Positions 18,627 through 27,394 of a stretch of DNA of 57,099 bases are shown here, piece by piece (within the stretch, counting starts at the first letter, position 1; every line of letters begins with the position of its first letter). A program made the position numbers and the translations under genes. Origin of the DNA: Saprospiraceae bacterium (lineage in GTDB: Bacteria; Bacteroidota; Bacteroidia; Chitinophagales; Saprospiraceae); NCBI GenBank assembly GCA_023301005.1, contig JALZVK010000162.1, forward strand, positions 1 to 57,099, given 5' to 3'. The notes under the pieces are model-generated. The model did no database searches and had not been told where the DNA came from. It saw only the letters and a program-made list of their open reading frames with translations.

Positions 18627-19964
18627 TTAAGATTGTAAAAAATTGAAAGCTTGACTCCAACTTCTTTTTTTCTTACTAGTTAAATTTTTTCCAGATTGCT
18701 GGTTATATATTTTCAACACTTCGTGTTCGTGTGTTTTATAAAATTCAGGATCAAAATTAGCTAAAGCTAAATCTTGTAACACTACTTCTACATTTGTTTT
18801 TTCTCTTAACCATTTTTCACAAACCTCATGTCGAAAACGAACTCCCATTAAATTGAAGCCGAGAACCTCATTAGTGTTTTTATCATAAATTACACGAATA
18901 CTTTTTTTGCCATCAGCATGTTCCCAATAAATGGAAAGATGATTTTCAGGAGCTTTAGCTAATACAGTTCCATAGACTTGATATTCAATTTCAAAGAACT
19001 TAGCAGAGTTAAACCAGATGCCAGGATCGTAAGCGACTTTTTTATTACAAATATTATAAGCTACTGTTTCTCCCATCATTCTTCCTGTGTACCAAATTGC
19101 TTCCACAGGTCGTCTGCCAGGTTTTGGCTCTTGTATTTGAGCGCAATCTCCAATGGCATAAATATTAGGAATATTAGTTTCTAAAAATTCATTCACAACA
19201 ATTCCTCTTTGCATTTCGATACCTGATTCCTTGAGGAAATCAGTATTCGGATGAACACCAGCAGTTAATCCTACAAAACCACAATCTATTCGATCACCTT
19301 TATTAGTAATGGCTGCACATGCTTTTCCATTACCATCATCTACAATTTCTTTTAGCTCGGTTTCGAGTCGAAGGTCAATATGATTTTCAAAAATATGTCT
19401 ATTAATCATCGCTGATTCTTCAGCAGGAAGCACGCCATTCCAGAAACTATTTTCCCGTACGAGGAATGTTACAGGAATATGTCGAGAGTGAAACATCTCA
19501 GCCATTTCAATACCAATAAGTCCACCTCCAACAATTACAGCTTGTTTCAAACCTTCACTATGCTTTTCCATAGCATCAAGATCTTGCATGGAATACATAC
19601 CGTGAACAGCATCAAGGTCTTGACCGGGCCATCCAAATTTGTTAGGAGTAGAACCACAAGCGATGATAAGTTTATCATACTTAAGTTGATCTCCATTGGC
19701 GAAGATGAGTTCATTATTTTGATGATTTACTTTTTCTACGAAACCACTTTTTAGGTTAATTCGATTTTTTTCCCAAAACCAATTCTCATAAGGTTGAGTA
19801 TCTTCTTTGCGCATATGTCCCATGTATATATACATCAAAGCTGTTCGAGAAAAGAAATAATCAGATTCTGCGGAGATGACGGTAATAGTGTGGTCACTAA
19901 GTTTTCGTATAAAACGAGCTGCGGTAATACCACTAATTCCATTTCCAATAATTGCAATATGCAT
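18627..19964 (-). CDS. NAD(P)/FAD-dependent pyridine-nucleotide-disulfide-family oxidoreductase
   Basis: N-terminal dinucleotide fold IAIIGNGISG, second Rossmann motif AVIVGGGLIGIE and IYAIGDCA motif. The gene lies 18 nt upstream of the polyferredoxin gene. Confidence 0.85.
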   Translation of the reverse strand: MHIAIIGNGISGITAARFIRKLSDHTITVISAESDYFFSRTALMYIYMGHMRKEDTQPYENWFWEKNRINLKSGFVEKVNHQNNELIFANGDQLKYDKLIIACGSTPNKFGWPGQDLDAVHGMYSMQDLDAMEKHSEGLKQAVIVGGGLIGIEMAEMFHSRHIPVTFLVRENSFWNGVLPAEESAMINRHIFENHIDLRLETELKEIVDDGNGKACAAITNKGDRIDCGFVGLTAGVHPNTDFLKESGIEMQRGIVVNEFLETNIPNIYAIGDCAQIQEPKPGRRPVEAIWYTGRMMGETVAYNICNKKVAYDPGIWFNSAKFFEIEYQVYGTVLAKAPENHLSIYWEHADGKKSIRVIYDKNTNEVLGFNLMGVRFRHEVCEKWLREKTNVEVVLQDLALANFDPEFYKTHEHEVLKIYNQQSGKNLTSKKKRSWSQAFNFLQS

Positions 19965-20099
19965 ACGATTGTAGATTTGGTTTGAACTTTAAAAGTCCAA
20001 ATATGGAGATTTTTTGAAATAAATTATAATATTGTAAAGTAAAGTATTACGGCAAATGTAGAATATTTGATACGATAATAGGTGTCACATCTAAGACTT

Positions 20100-20225
20100 A
20101 GGAATGCGAAATAAATAGATTCAGGATTTTCGCTATTTTTTTATTCTTATTTTCCTGCTGGCAGGCAGGAAAATAAGAATAAAATAAACAACCGAAAAAT
20201 CTGAATTTATTTATTTCGCATTCCT
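20100..20225. repeat. Palindromic element F, long nested form
   Basis: Outer arms are AGGAATGCGAAATAAATAGATTCAG / CTGAATTTATTTATTTCGCATTCCT. Inside are GATTTTCGCTATTTTT .. CCGAAAAATC and a central 18-bp hairpin TTATTCTTATTTTCCTGC-TGGCAG-GCAGGAAAATAAGAATAA. Confidence 0.85.
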
Positions 20226-20399
20226 TATTCAAAAGGATAGGCGAAAATTTAATAAATCTAATAGAAAGTCTTCTATTCGTCAAATAATATATTTTAATAG
20301 GAAAACAAAAAACATATAATAGTATGTCTGTTTTATTATCATTATGAATATGAACTTAAGTTTTTATTCCAATCATTCAATCACTAAAACCATTTTATT

Positions 20400-21854
20400 A
20401 TGAAAAGAATTTACTCAATACTATTTACTATTTTATTTAGTGTATTGACTTGGACTATCGATGATATTTTAATCGAAGAAGTATTAGTTATAGATGTAGA
20501 ATTCGAATACTGGAATGCAGAAGAGTTTTTTACAGGAGGTTTTGAAGGTGGAATAGTTATCCCTGGCGGAGTAATAAAAAATAACGGAGCTGATATTTTA
20601 ACTTCTATTGATCTAACATGGTCAGATGGTACTAACTCAAATACGGAGACTATATCTGGAATTAACTTAGGTGTTGGAGAAAGCATGATGATAGAAACAT
20701 CAACACCTTTCGTTATACCTGCTGGAAATTCAACAATCTCCATTGCTATAGGAAACGCTAATGGAATGGGTGATGATCAAGATACTTCAAATGATACTGG
20801 AGCAGACCTACCTATCACTACTATTATTCCTAATATTGACAGAGGAGTATTAGTAGAAGAAGGTACAGGAACATGGTGCCAATGGTGTACAAGAGGAAAA
20901 GTATTTATAGATGGATTGACAAGAAGATACCCTAACAAATTTGTTGGCATTGCTGTTCATAATAGCGACCCAATGGCAGATGATGAATATGATTCAGAAA
21001 TTATTACTCTCGTTGGAGGCTACCCAAATTCAGTTTTAGAAAGAGGAGATGCTATTGACCCTGCTGATTTAGAAACTCCATTTGTAAATGCTGTACAACA
21101 AGCACCTCCAGCAAGATTGATGGTTGGAGCTAAGGTCGATGGACAATCTCTTACTGCTTCTATTTCAGGCGAATTTTTAGAAGACATCCCTAGTGGCTAT
21201 AAGTTTGCAGCTATTCTTGTTGAAAATGGAGTAACTGGAACTGGTTCTGGTTATATCCAAGCCAATGGATATGGCGATGGAACTAATGGTATTATGGGCG
21301 GATTTGAATTACTAAGTACAACTATTCCTGCTGATGATATAGTATATGAGCATGTGGGAAGAATCGTAATTGGCGGATTTAACGGAGACTCTTTAAGCTT
21401 ATCTAATGGTGCTACTGCTGGTGAAATCATAGCATACAATTTTCCTTCAGTTACTGTCGATGCTGAGATAGATATGAGTCAAGTATACCTTGCAGGTATA
21501 CTTTTAGATATAAATAATAAGCCCGTAAATGCTATTCAAGTATCACTTGATGATGCAATAATTAATGGCACATTTGTCAGTACAAATGATGTTTTTAAAC
21601 ATAATTCAGTAAACGTATTCCCTAATCCAATTACAGATATAACTAATATAAAAATTACAATGGAGTCAAGTGCAGATGTTACGATTCAAGTATTTAATGC
21701 AGTTGGACAATCAGTATTTATTAGAGATTATGGAACAATGACTGGAAATCAAAATATTACCTTTGATGCAACTGATTTAAATTCAGGTGTTTATTTCATT
21801 CATGTAAAAATGGGTGATGAATTGGCAACGAAGCGAGTTACTATAACTAAATAA
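20400..21854 (+). CDS. Omp28-related thioredoxin-like protein with T9SS type-A C-terminal sorting domain
   Basis: VLVEEGTGTWCQWCTRG (CxxC) core and a C-terminal ~80 aa Por-secretion tail (VFPNPITDITNIKI .. SGVYFIHVKMGDELATKRVTITK). Confidence 0.7.
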   Translation: MKRIYSILFTILFSVLTWTIDDILIEEVLVIDVEFEYWNAEEFFTGGFEGGIVIPGGVIKNNGADILTSIDLTWSDGTNSNTETISGINLGVGESMMIETSTPFVIPAGNSTISIAIGNANGMGDDQDTSNDTGADLPITTIIPNIDRGVLVEEGTGTWCQWCTRGKVFIDGLTRRYPNKFVGIAVHNSDPMADDEYDSEIITLVGGYPNSVLERGDAIDPADLETPFVNAVQQAPPARLMVGAKVDGQSLTASISGEFLEDIPSGYKFAAILVENGVTGTGSGYIQANGYGDGTNGIMGGFELLSTTIPADDIVYEHVGRIVIGGFNGDSLSLSNGATAGEIIAYNFPSVTVDAEIDMSQVYLAGILLDINNKPVNAIQVSLDDAIINGTFVSTNDVFKHNSVNVFPNPITDITNIKITMESSADVTIQVFNAVGQSVFIRDYGTMTGNQNITFDATDLNSGVYFIHVKMGDELATKRVTITK

Positions 21855-21868
21855 ATTTTTAACAAAAA

Positions 21869-21910
21869 GGATAGAATAATGATCTTCAATCATTATTCTA
21901 TCTTCTTTTT
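21869..21910 (+). terminator. Rho-independent terminator
   Basis: GGATAGAATAATGAT-CTTCA-ATCATTATTCTATC followed by a T-rich tract. Confidence 0.7.
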
Positions 21911-21969
21911 TGTTCGTAAAAATCACTTGACAAAAAGATTAAATTCTTATATTTGTTTAGGAATTATAC

Positions 21970-21989
21970 AATTCCCCAATAAGCTCTTA
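21970..21989 (+). repeat. Solo arm of family D (AATTCCCCAATAAGCTCTTA)
   Basis: 19/20 identical to 9301-9320 in the same orientation. Both copies lie about 50 nt upstream of an ATG (9352 and 22018). Confidence 0.65.
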
Positions 21990-22017
21990 TATTCCTTACT
22001 TGAACAATAATTTAGAT

Positions 22018-22749
22018 ATGAAGCAAATTTTACTTTCTTTATTTATATTAATCAGCTTTGGGCTTAATGCTCAAATACAATACTCTCCAGCTGAGACAAC
22101 CTTAGATACAATAGTGGAATTGTCTGATGAGTTTATATCTGCAAAAATTCTTGCATCTCTTGAAAATAATACCAACGATCCTGTTTCTTTAAGATTTGAA
22201 ATTAGCAGCAATGATGCTCCTAGCCAATGGGAAGTACAACTATGTGTAAATGATGATACTGGAGGATGCTTCTCTTGGGGAATTGCTAGTAATATCAATG
22301 CAGGTATAGGAATAGATATTCCTCTTAATATTGTAGATAATGGGTCATCAATTATGGATCTAGCATTACGTCCAAGAGGAGTACTAGGATGTGGATCTTA
22401 TGATGTAACAATTACTACTGTAGATGATCCTAGTACCGTACTTGCTACTGGAACTTATAATTTTAAAATTAATACAGATCCAAACTGTGAAACAGTTTCG
22501 ACTAATGATTTTGATAAAGCAGCTATTAAGATTTTCCCTAATCCAACTAATGATTATTTTACTATCACAGATAATAATTATGTAAGAGATATCGAGATTT
22601 TCAATATCGTTGGAAAGAGAATGAAAATTAATTCTTTCCAAAATGGACAAGCAGTCAATGTAACTTCTTATCCAAATGGATTATACTTAGTTAGAATGTT
22701 AGGTAAAAACGGAGAAATTTTAAAAACAACTCGGTTGACTAAAAGATAG
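22018..22749 (+). CDS. Secreted protein with T9SS type-A C-terminal sorting domain
   Basis: Signal peptide MKQILLSLFILISFGLNAQ and C-terminal IFPNPTNDYFTI .. GLYLVRMLGKNGEILKTTRLTKR. The ATG at 22018 is preferred over the TTG at 22000. Confidence 0.7.
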   Translation: MKQILLSLFILISFGLNAQIQYSPAETTLDTIVELSDEFISAKILASLENNTNDPVSLRFEISSNDAPSQWEVQLCVNDDTGGCFSWGIASNINAGIGIDIPLNIVDNGSSIMDLALRPRGVLGCGSYDVTITTVDDPSTVLATGTYNFKINTDPNCETVSTNDFDKAAIKIFPNPTNDYFTITDNNYVRDIEIFNIVGKRMKINSFQNGQAVNVTSYPNGLYLVRMLGKNGEILKTTRLTKR

Positions 22750-22768
22750 ATAATAGTCGTTATCATAG

Positions 22769-22781
22769 GGTAACAAGTCTA
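22769..22781 (-). repeat. Solo arm GGTAACAAGTCTA (family E, inverted)
   Basis: Reverse complement of the 13-mer at 11006-11018. Confidence 0.7.
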
Positions 22782-22813
22782 AATAAAAAGGGCATCTCTG
22801 TAAAAGCTGAAAA

Positions 22814-22855
22814 AATTGCAATTCAAAATAATATATTGAATTGCAATTTTTTTTT
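22814..22855 (+). terminator. Rho-independent terminator
   Basis: AATTGCAATTCAA / TTGAATTGCAATT stem followed by a 9-T run. Confidence 0.7.
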
Positions 22856-23138
22856 GAGAAAAAACAAATGTAAATTGATTGTTAGAAATATAAATATGAA
22901 AACAGAATCAATGATTTAATGGATGATTTACAGATGGGACATACGTATCTTTAACGAATATAAAACAGGTTGAAAATATCAAGCTGCTTTTTGAATAGCA
23001 ACAGCATTTATTCGACATGCAATTTTCATGGCAGAAGTTGTCCATATCCAAAACAAATCTAGAGTCTTTCTGTCTGAGCAGTTTTGGTTAGGCTAACTAC
23101 ATGGTAATCAGCCTCTTTTATATTTTTAGGGAAAAGCC

Positions 23139-24089
23139 CTAATTATTATCATCCTCTTTGATGATGATAATTTTTTTCTTGATTTTCTTTTTACCATCTT
23201 CTGATTTCTCTTCAAAATGAAATTCTTGACCTTCCTTAATTTCTATAACTTCTCCATCATCAGTCTTCCAAATCATTTCTTCTTGCATAGGATGATTTTT
23301 AGCATCTCCCAATTTCGCTCTTACTTTATTTGCCTGCCCATCCCTAGTATAAGCTGCTACGATAGTATCTCCGACTTTGTAGTTCGACAATGCTTTTGTC
23401 AACTCATCATAATTCGAAATATTATGTTCATTTATTGATAACAAAACATCTCCTTTTTTCAATCCAGCTTCTTCAGCAGGACTTCCTTTTACTACATCCA
23501 ACAATGTTACTCCGCCAGCCGAAGGGTCCATCATCACTCCAAAAAATGCACCTTTAGGTTGACTTGTTTTCATGATACGAATCTCTTTCTTTCCATCCTC
23601 AGTATGAGTTACTTCTACATCCATATCGTGAGTATTAGCAGATCCACTCTTTCTAATGATTTTAATACGTTTTCCATCTTCAGTTGTAATTTCTTCTTTT
23701 ACACCATCTCCATCTTGGTCTATTTTTACTACTGTTTTTTCTCCATCTTCCATGATGATAATATCATCACCTTCTACCGTAACTTTAATTTCTTTTTTAT
23801 CACCTGATGATTTCCCTTCACCATCCTTAGTTACTTCCACATTAATATTGACATCAGAGTATTTACTTTCATCTATACTTTTCATGTATTTATCTACATC
23901 AAATTTTGCTGCTTCATCTCCTTCGATTACAGTTTTTTCTACATTCGTATTTCCATCCTTATCAACCGTTTTTTTAACTATGGTAATTGTTTTGCTAGCT
24001 CCACCAATTTGAGCAAAAGTATTGTTAGGAGAAAATAATAATCCTATTAATAATAAAAATAAAGCACCTTGTAATTTTGAAATTTTCAT
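23139..24089 (-). CDS. Secreted PDZ-domain protein
   Basis: Signal peptide, a charged D/E/K-rich middle region, and a PDZ block GVTLLDVVKGSPAEEAGLKKGDVLLSINEHNISN. Confidence 0.75.
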   Translation of the reverse strand: MKISKLQGALFLLLIGLLFSPNNTFAQIGGASKTITIVKKTVDKDGNTNVEKTVIEGDEAAKFDVDKYMKSIDESKYSDVNINVEVTKDGEGKSSGDKKEIKVTVEGDDIIIMEDGEKTVVKIDQDGDGVKEEITTEDGKRIKIIRKSGSANTHDMDVEVTHTEDGKKEIRIMKTSQPKGAFFGVMMDPSAGGVTLLDVVKGSPAEEAGLKKGDVLLSINEHNISNYDELTKALSNYKVGDTIVAAYTRDGQANKVRAKLGDAKNHPMQEEMIWKTDDGEVIEIKEGQEFHFEEKSEDGKKKIKKKIIIIKEDDNN

Positions 24090-24320
24090 GTTTATTTCAT
24101 TTTAAATTAAATAATTCAATTATAATTTGATAACGAAGTTTAGTCTTGAAAAATATTTCCTTTTAGAATAGGTCTGAAATTTTAAACGCACTTTTTACGT
24201 TTATTTATAAAAAAATAAAGACACACAAAAGATTACATTTTTTTTATGAAAAGCGTTAAAAGTAAGTTAAACCTTACATAGGTAACCATTGAATATATAA
24301 ATTTGTAAATCTTAGATAGT

Positions 24321-24489
24321 ATATTAGACTTGTTACCCTTTAAAAAATATACTTCTGAAACAATCTTTGTTCGCTATTTTTCCTTAAAAATCAGTCATAG
24401 TATCAACAATACTCCTTCTTTTTAAGAAAAACTATCAAAAAAATCTAAGTTCCATAAGCACATTTTTCAAAGGGTAACAAGTCTATTGT
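24321..24489. repeat. Palindromic element E
   Basis: Terminal inverted repeats are TAGACTTGTTACCCTTT (24325-24341) and AAAGGGTAACAAGTCTA (24469-24485). Inner boxes at 24370-24390 and 24419-24443 are identical to those of element H in the opposite orientation. Confidence 0.85.
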
Positions 24490-24567
24490 ACAAATTTACT
24501 GAACTTTTTTAAAAACCAAAACAGGATGTCTATCTCGTTTTTTTCTAAAACTCCAACAATATAATAG

Positions 24568-26058
24568 ATGAATAAAAGAGCTATATGGGCAATTATCGGT
24601 TTGATGAGTGCAGCTATGATTGGAATCATCTTGTTGCAATTATACTGGATTAATTTTAATGTAAAATTAAATGAAAGCTATTTTGATAGAGATGTAAAAG
24701 ATGCAATTATCACCGTTGCCAAAAAATTAGAAAAAGCGGAAGACAATGCTGGAATCAAAACTCCTGCTTCTTATTCTTCGACAACTATTAGAAGACAACA
24801 GTTCGGAACGGAAACTAAAGTCTTCTCTCAAACTTATAGAAAAGGAACTCTCGTTCCTCAAGCGGTCAATCCTCTTTCGATCAATAATAATTATAATCCT
24901 AACATTCGTGAAATGGAATTACAAGAGCTACAAAAAATGCTCAACTTGCGACCGTTGGAAGAACGTATTGATTTAGAATTATTAGATAATTTATTGAAAT
25001 ATGAATTAAACGAAAATCGAGGTATTGATACTGAGTTTAATTATGGCGTTTTTTCAAATCGTACAGGATCATTTGTAATCAATAATGGTTCTTATGCGGT
25101 AGTGACTGAAAATTTTAATACTGCTGCAACAGTAGATAATGATTTGTATAATTCTATTTATCGAACTGAATTATTTTCTAGTTCTTATGCAGTAGATGCA
25201 CCAGGTCTGTTGATGATTCAATTTCCAAATAGAACAAGTATCATTTGGAGTTCTTCTTGGAAATCACTTTTAGCTTCTATTATTTTCACAGGATTGATTT
25301 TGTTTTGTTTCTCTTATACCATTTTAGTTATTTGGGAACAAAAGAAAGTATCTGAAATGAAAACAGATTTTATCAATAATATGACGCATGAGTTTAAAAC
25401 TCCAATTGCGACTATCTCTTTAGCGGCGGATTCTATTACAAGTCCAAAGATTTCTGGCAGTCCTGATAAAGTAAAACGTTTTGCAGATATCATCCGTCAA
25501 GAGAACAAACGGATGAACAGTCAAGTAGAAAAAGTATTACAAATGGCTGCGATTGATAAAAGAGAATATAAACTCAAAATGGCTCAAGTCAATCTTCATG
25601 ATGTTGTTAATCAAGCCGTACAAAATTCAAATTTGCAAGTAGAGAAGAAAGGAGGAATCGTAACTGCCGAACTCAATGCAAGCACTCCATTTGTATTTGG
25701 TGACTTAACTCATATTTCTAATATCATCAATAACCTATTGGATAATGCTAATAAATATTCCCCTGAACAACCAAAAATTTCTGTGCGTACACGCAATGTC
25801 GCACAAGGAGTTGAGGTTATTATAAAGGATAATGGAATTGGGATGAACAGGGAAGCTCTAAAACATATTTTTGATAAGTTCTTTAGAGTCCATACAGGTA
25901 ATCGACATGATGTAAAAGGGTTCGGATTAGGACTTAGTTATGTGAAAGCATTAATGGATGCGCACAAAGGACAAATAAGTGTAAAAAGTGATTTAGGAAA
26001 AGGAAGTACTTTCATACTTGTTTTTCCATATAATAATGTTCCTCAAGAGGAAGCTTAG
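24568..26058 (+). CDS. Sensor histidine kinase
   Basis: Two TM segments, H-box HEFKTPIATISLAADSI, N-box NLLDNANKYS, G1 DNGIGM and G2 GFGLGLSYV. Confidence 0.9.
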   Translation: MNKRAIWAIIGLMSAAMIGIILLQLYWINFNVKLNESYFDRDVKDAIITVAKKLEKAEDNAGIKTPASYSSTTIRRQQFGTETKVFSQTYRKGTLVPQAVNPLSINNNYNPNIREMELQELQKMLNLRPLEERIDLELLDNLLKYELNENRGIDTEFNYGVFSNRTGSFVINNGSYAVVTENFNTAATVDNDLYNSIYRTELFSSSYAVDAPGLLMIQFPNRTSIIWSSSWKSLLASIIFTGLILFCFSYTILVIWEQKKVSEMKTDFINNMTHEFKTPIATISLAADSITSPKISGSPDKVKRFADIIRQENKRMNSQVEKVLQMAAIDKREYKLKMAQVNLHDVVNQAVQNSNLQVEKKGGIVTAELNASTPFVFGDLTHISNIINNLLDNANKYSPEQPKISVRTRNVAQGVEVIIKDNGIGMNREALKHIFDKFFRVHTGNRHDVKGFGLGLSYVKALMDAHKGQISVKSDLGKGSTFILVFPYNNVPQEEA

Positions 26059-26327
26059 GAATGACTAAAGAATAAGTTACTATAAGTTATTTTTTAATCA
26101 TTACTTAATATTTTAAGAGTAGAAAATATTTGAAATTTTAAAAGAAAAATACTTTTCAACATTCCTCTCGTAACTATTGATAGCTTGATTATAAATCCTT
26201 AACTTTAACATATGTTAAGAAAGTAATTTAAAGCTAAAAGAATAAGAGAATTCTAAATTATTGAATAAAAACATTTTTTGATAAAACAGAACAAAGCCCT
26301 TATCAAAGAATCATAAAAAGTTTACAA

Positions 26328-27056
26328 ATGACAGCAGTTAACAATCGAATTTTATTAGTAGAAGATGATCAGAATTTTGGAGATGTTTTACGTTCTTATT
26401 TAGAAATGCACGAATACAATGTAACCCTAGCAACCGACGGTGAAGCAGGATTAGAAAGTTATAAAAAAGGAGAATTTGACCTTTGTATTTTTGATGTTAT
26501 GATGCCTAAAAAAGATGGTTTTACTTTGGCTAAAGAAATTAGGGAAAAAGATACTGAAATGCCTATCATCTTTTTGACTGCTAGAACAATGAAAGATGAT
26601 GTACTGAAAGGATTCAAAATTGGTGCTGATGATTATATCACAAAACCGTTTAACTCTGAAGAATTATTATTCAGAATCCAAGCGATTCTAAAAAGAAGTC
26701 AAGCGAAAGATGACCCACGTGAAGAAATAAAAGAATTTGAAATCGGACGTTATCATTTTAATTTCCCATTACGAATTTTGACTTTTACTAGTCCAACTGG
26801 CGAAGAGGAAAAAAATAAATTATCTCCTAAAGAGGCGCAATTGCTTCGCATGTTTTGTATGTATAAAAATGATATTCTGCCTCGTTCGGAAGCATTGACT
26901 AAGATTTGGTCGGAGGATAATTATTTTACAGCAAGAAGTATGGATGTATTTGTTACCAAGTTGAGAAAGTATTTAGCAGGTGATCTTAATATCGAAATCG
27001 TAAATATTCATGGTAATGGATTTCAACTATTAGTACGTAATAGCGAACAAGCTTAA
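26328..27056 (+). CDS. OmpR/PhoB-family response regulator
   Basis: Receiver domain (ILLVEDDQNF, CIFDVMMPKKDG, LTAR, KP) plus a winged-helix output domain (LSPKEAQLL .. VFVTKLRKYL). Confidence 0.92.
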   Translation: MTAVNNRILLVEDDQNFGDVLRSYLEMHEYNVTLATDGEAGLESYKKGEFDLCIFDVMMPKKDGFTLAKEIREKDTEMPIIFLTARTMKDDVLKGFKIGADDYITKPFNSEELLFRIQAILKRSQAKDDPREEIKEFEIGRYHFNFPLRILTFTSPTGEEEKNKLSPKEAQLLRMFCMYKNDILPRSEALTKIWSEDNYFTARSMDVFVTKLRKYLAGDLNIEIVNIHGNGFQLLVRNSEQA

Positions 27057-27104
27057 ATGAATTTTTTTAATGCTTCGCATTTTTATTTTTTATAAATAAA
27101 TGGA

Positions 27105-27140
27105 AGGACAAAAATCAATTTGATTTTTGTCCTTTTGTTT
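27105..27140 (+). terminator. Rho-independent terminator
   Basis: AGGACAAAAATCA-ATT-TGATTTTTGTCCT followed by TTTGTTTTTT. Confidence 0.7.
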
Positions 27141-27173
27141 TTTAGGGATTTAAAATAGTAGTACTTTTACATT

Positions 27174-27394
27174 TTTAGTAACTGTAAAGTAATCTAACCC
27201 CAACGGAGGTTAATAGAATAGCAAGGGGCATCGCCCCTTGAAAAAAAAAATTAGAAGGAAGCTCTGAAAGAGCGAAATAGTAATCAAGATATTTCGCCCC
27301 TTCAGGGCTTTCCTCGAATGTTATTTTTACAAGGGGCGATGCCCCTTGCTACTTTATTTGACCCCGTTGGGGTCTCTCTTACTCTTACTAAATA
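27174..27394. repeat. Palindromic element G: ~220-bp three-tier nested inverted repeat
   Basis: Three tiers pair: TTTAGTAA..CCCCAACGGAGGT with GACCCCGTTGGGGTC..TTACTAAA, AATAGAATAGCAAGGGGCATCGCCCCTTG with CAAGGGGCGATGCCCCTTGCTACTTTATT, and GAAGGAAGCTCTGAAAGAGCGAAATA with TATTTCGCCCCTTCAGGGCTTTCCTC. Confidence 0.85.

Noticed and set aside
20098-20283. 61-aa ORF on the minus strand
   Set aside because: It lies entirely within palindromic element F.
10880-22790. Classical tRNA-linked genomic island or prophage downstream of tRNA-Gln
   Set aside because: I saw no integrase, transposase, phage or conjugation genes and no direct repeat of the tRNA 3-prime end. Only the weaker inverted 13-mer observation is retained as a finding.
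23217-24012. Plus-strand ORFs 23217-23438, 23559-23807 and 23656-24012
   Set aside because: They are antisense shadows of the PDZ-protein gene and give low-complexity S/F/I-rich translations.
26059-26327. 269-bp gap between the histidine kinase and response regulator genes as a possible hidden gene or RNA
   Set aside because: It is AT-rich with no ORF, no inverted repeat and no recognisable RNA motif, and is most simply an internal promoter region.
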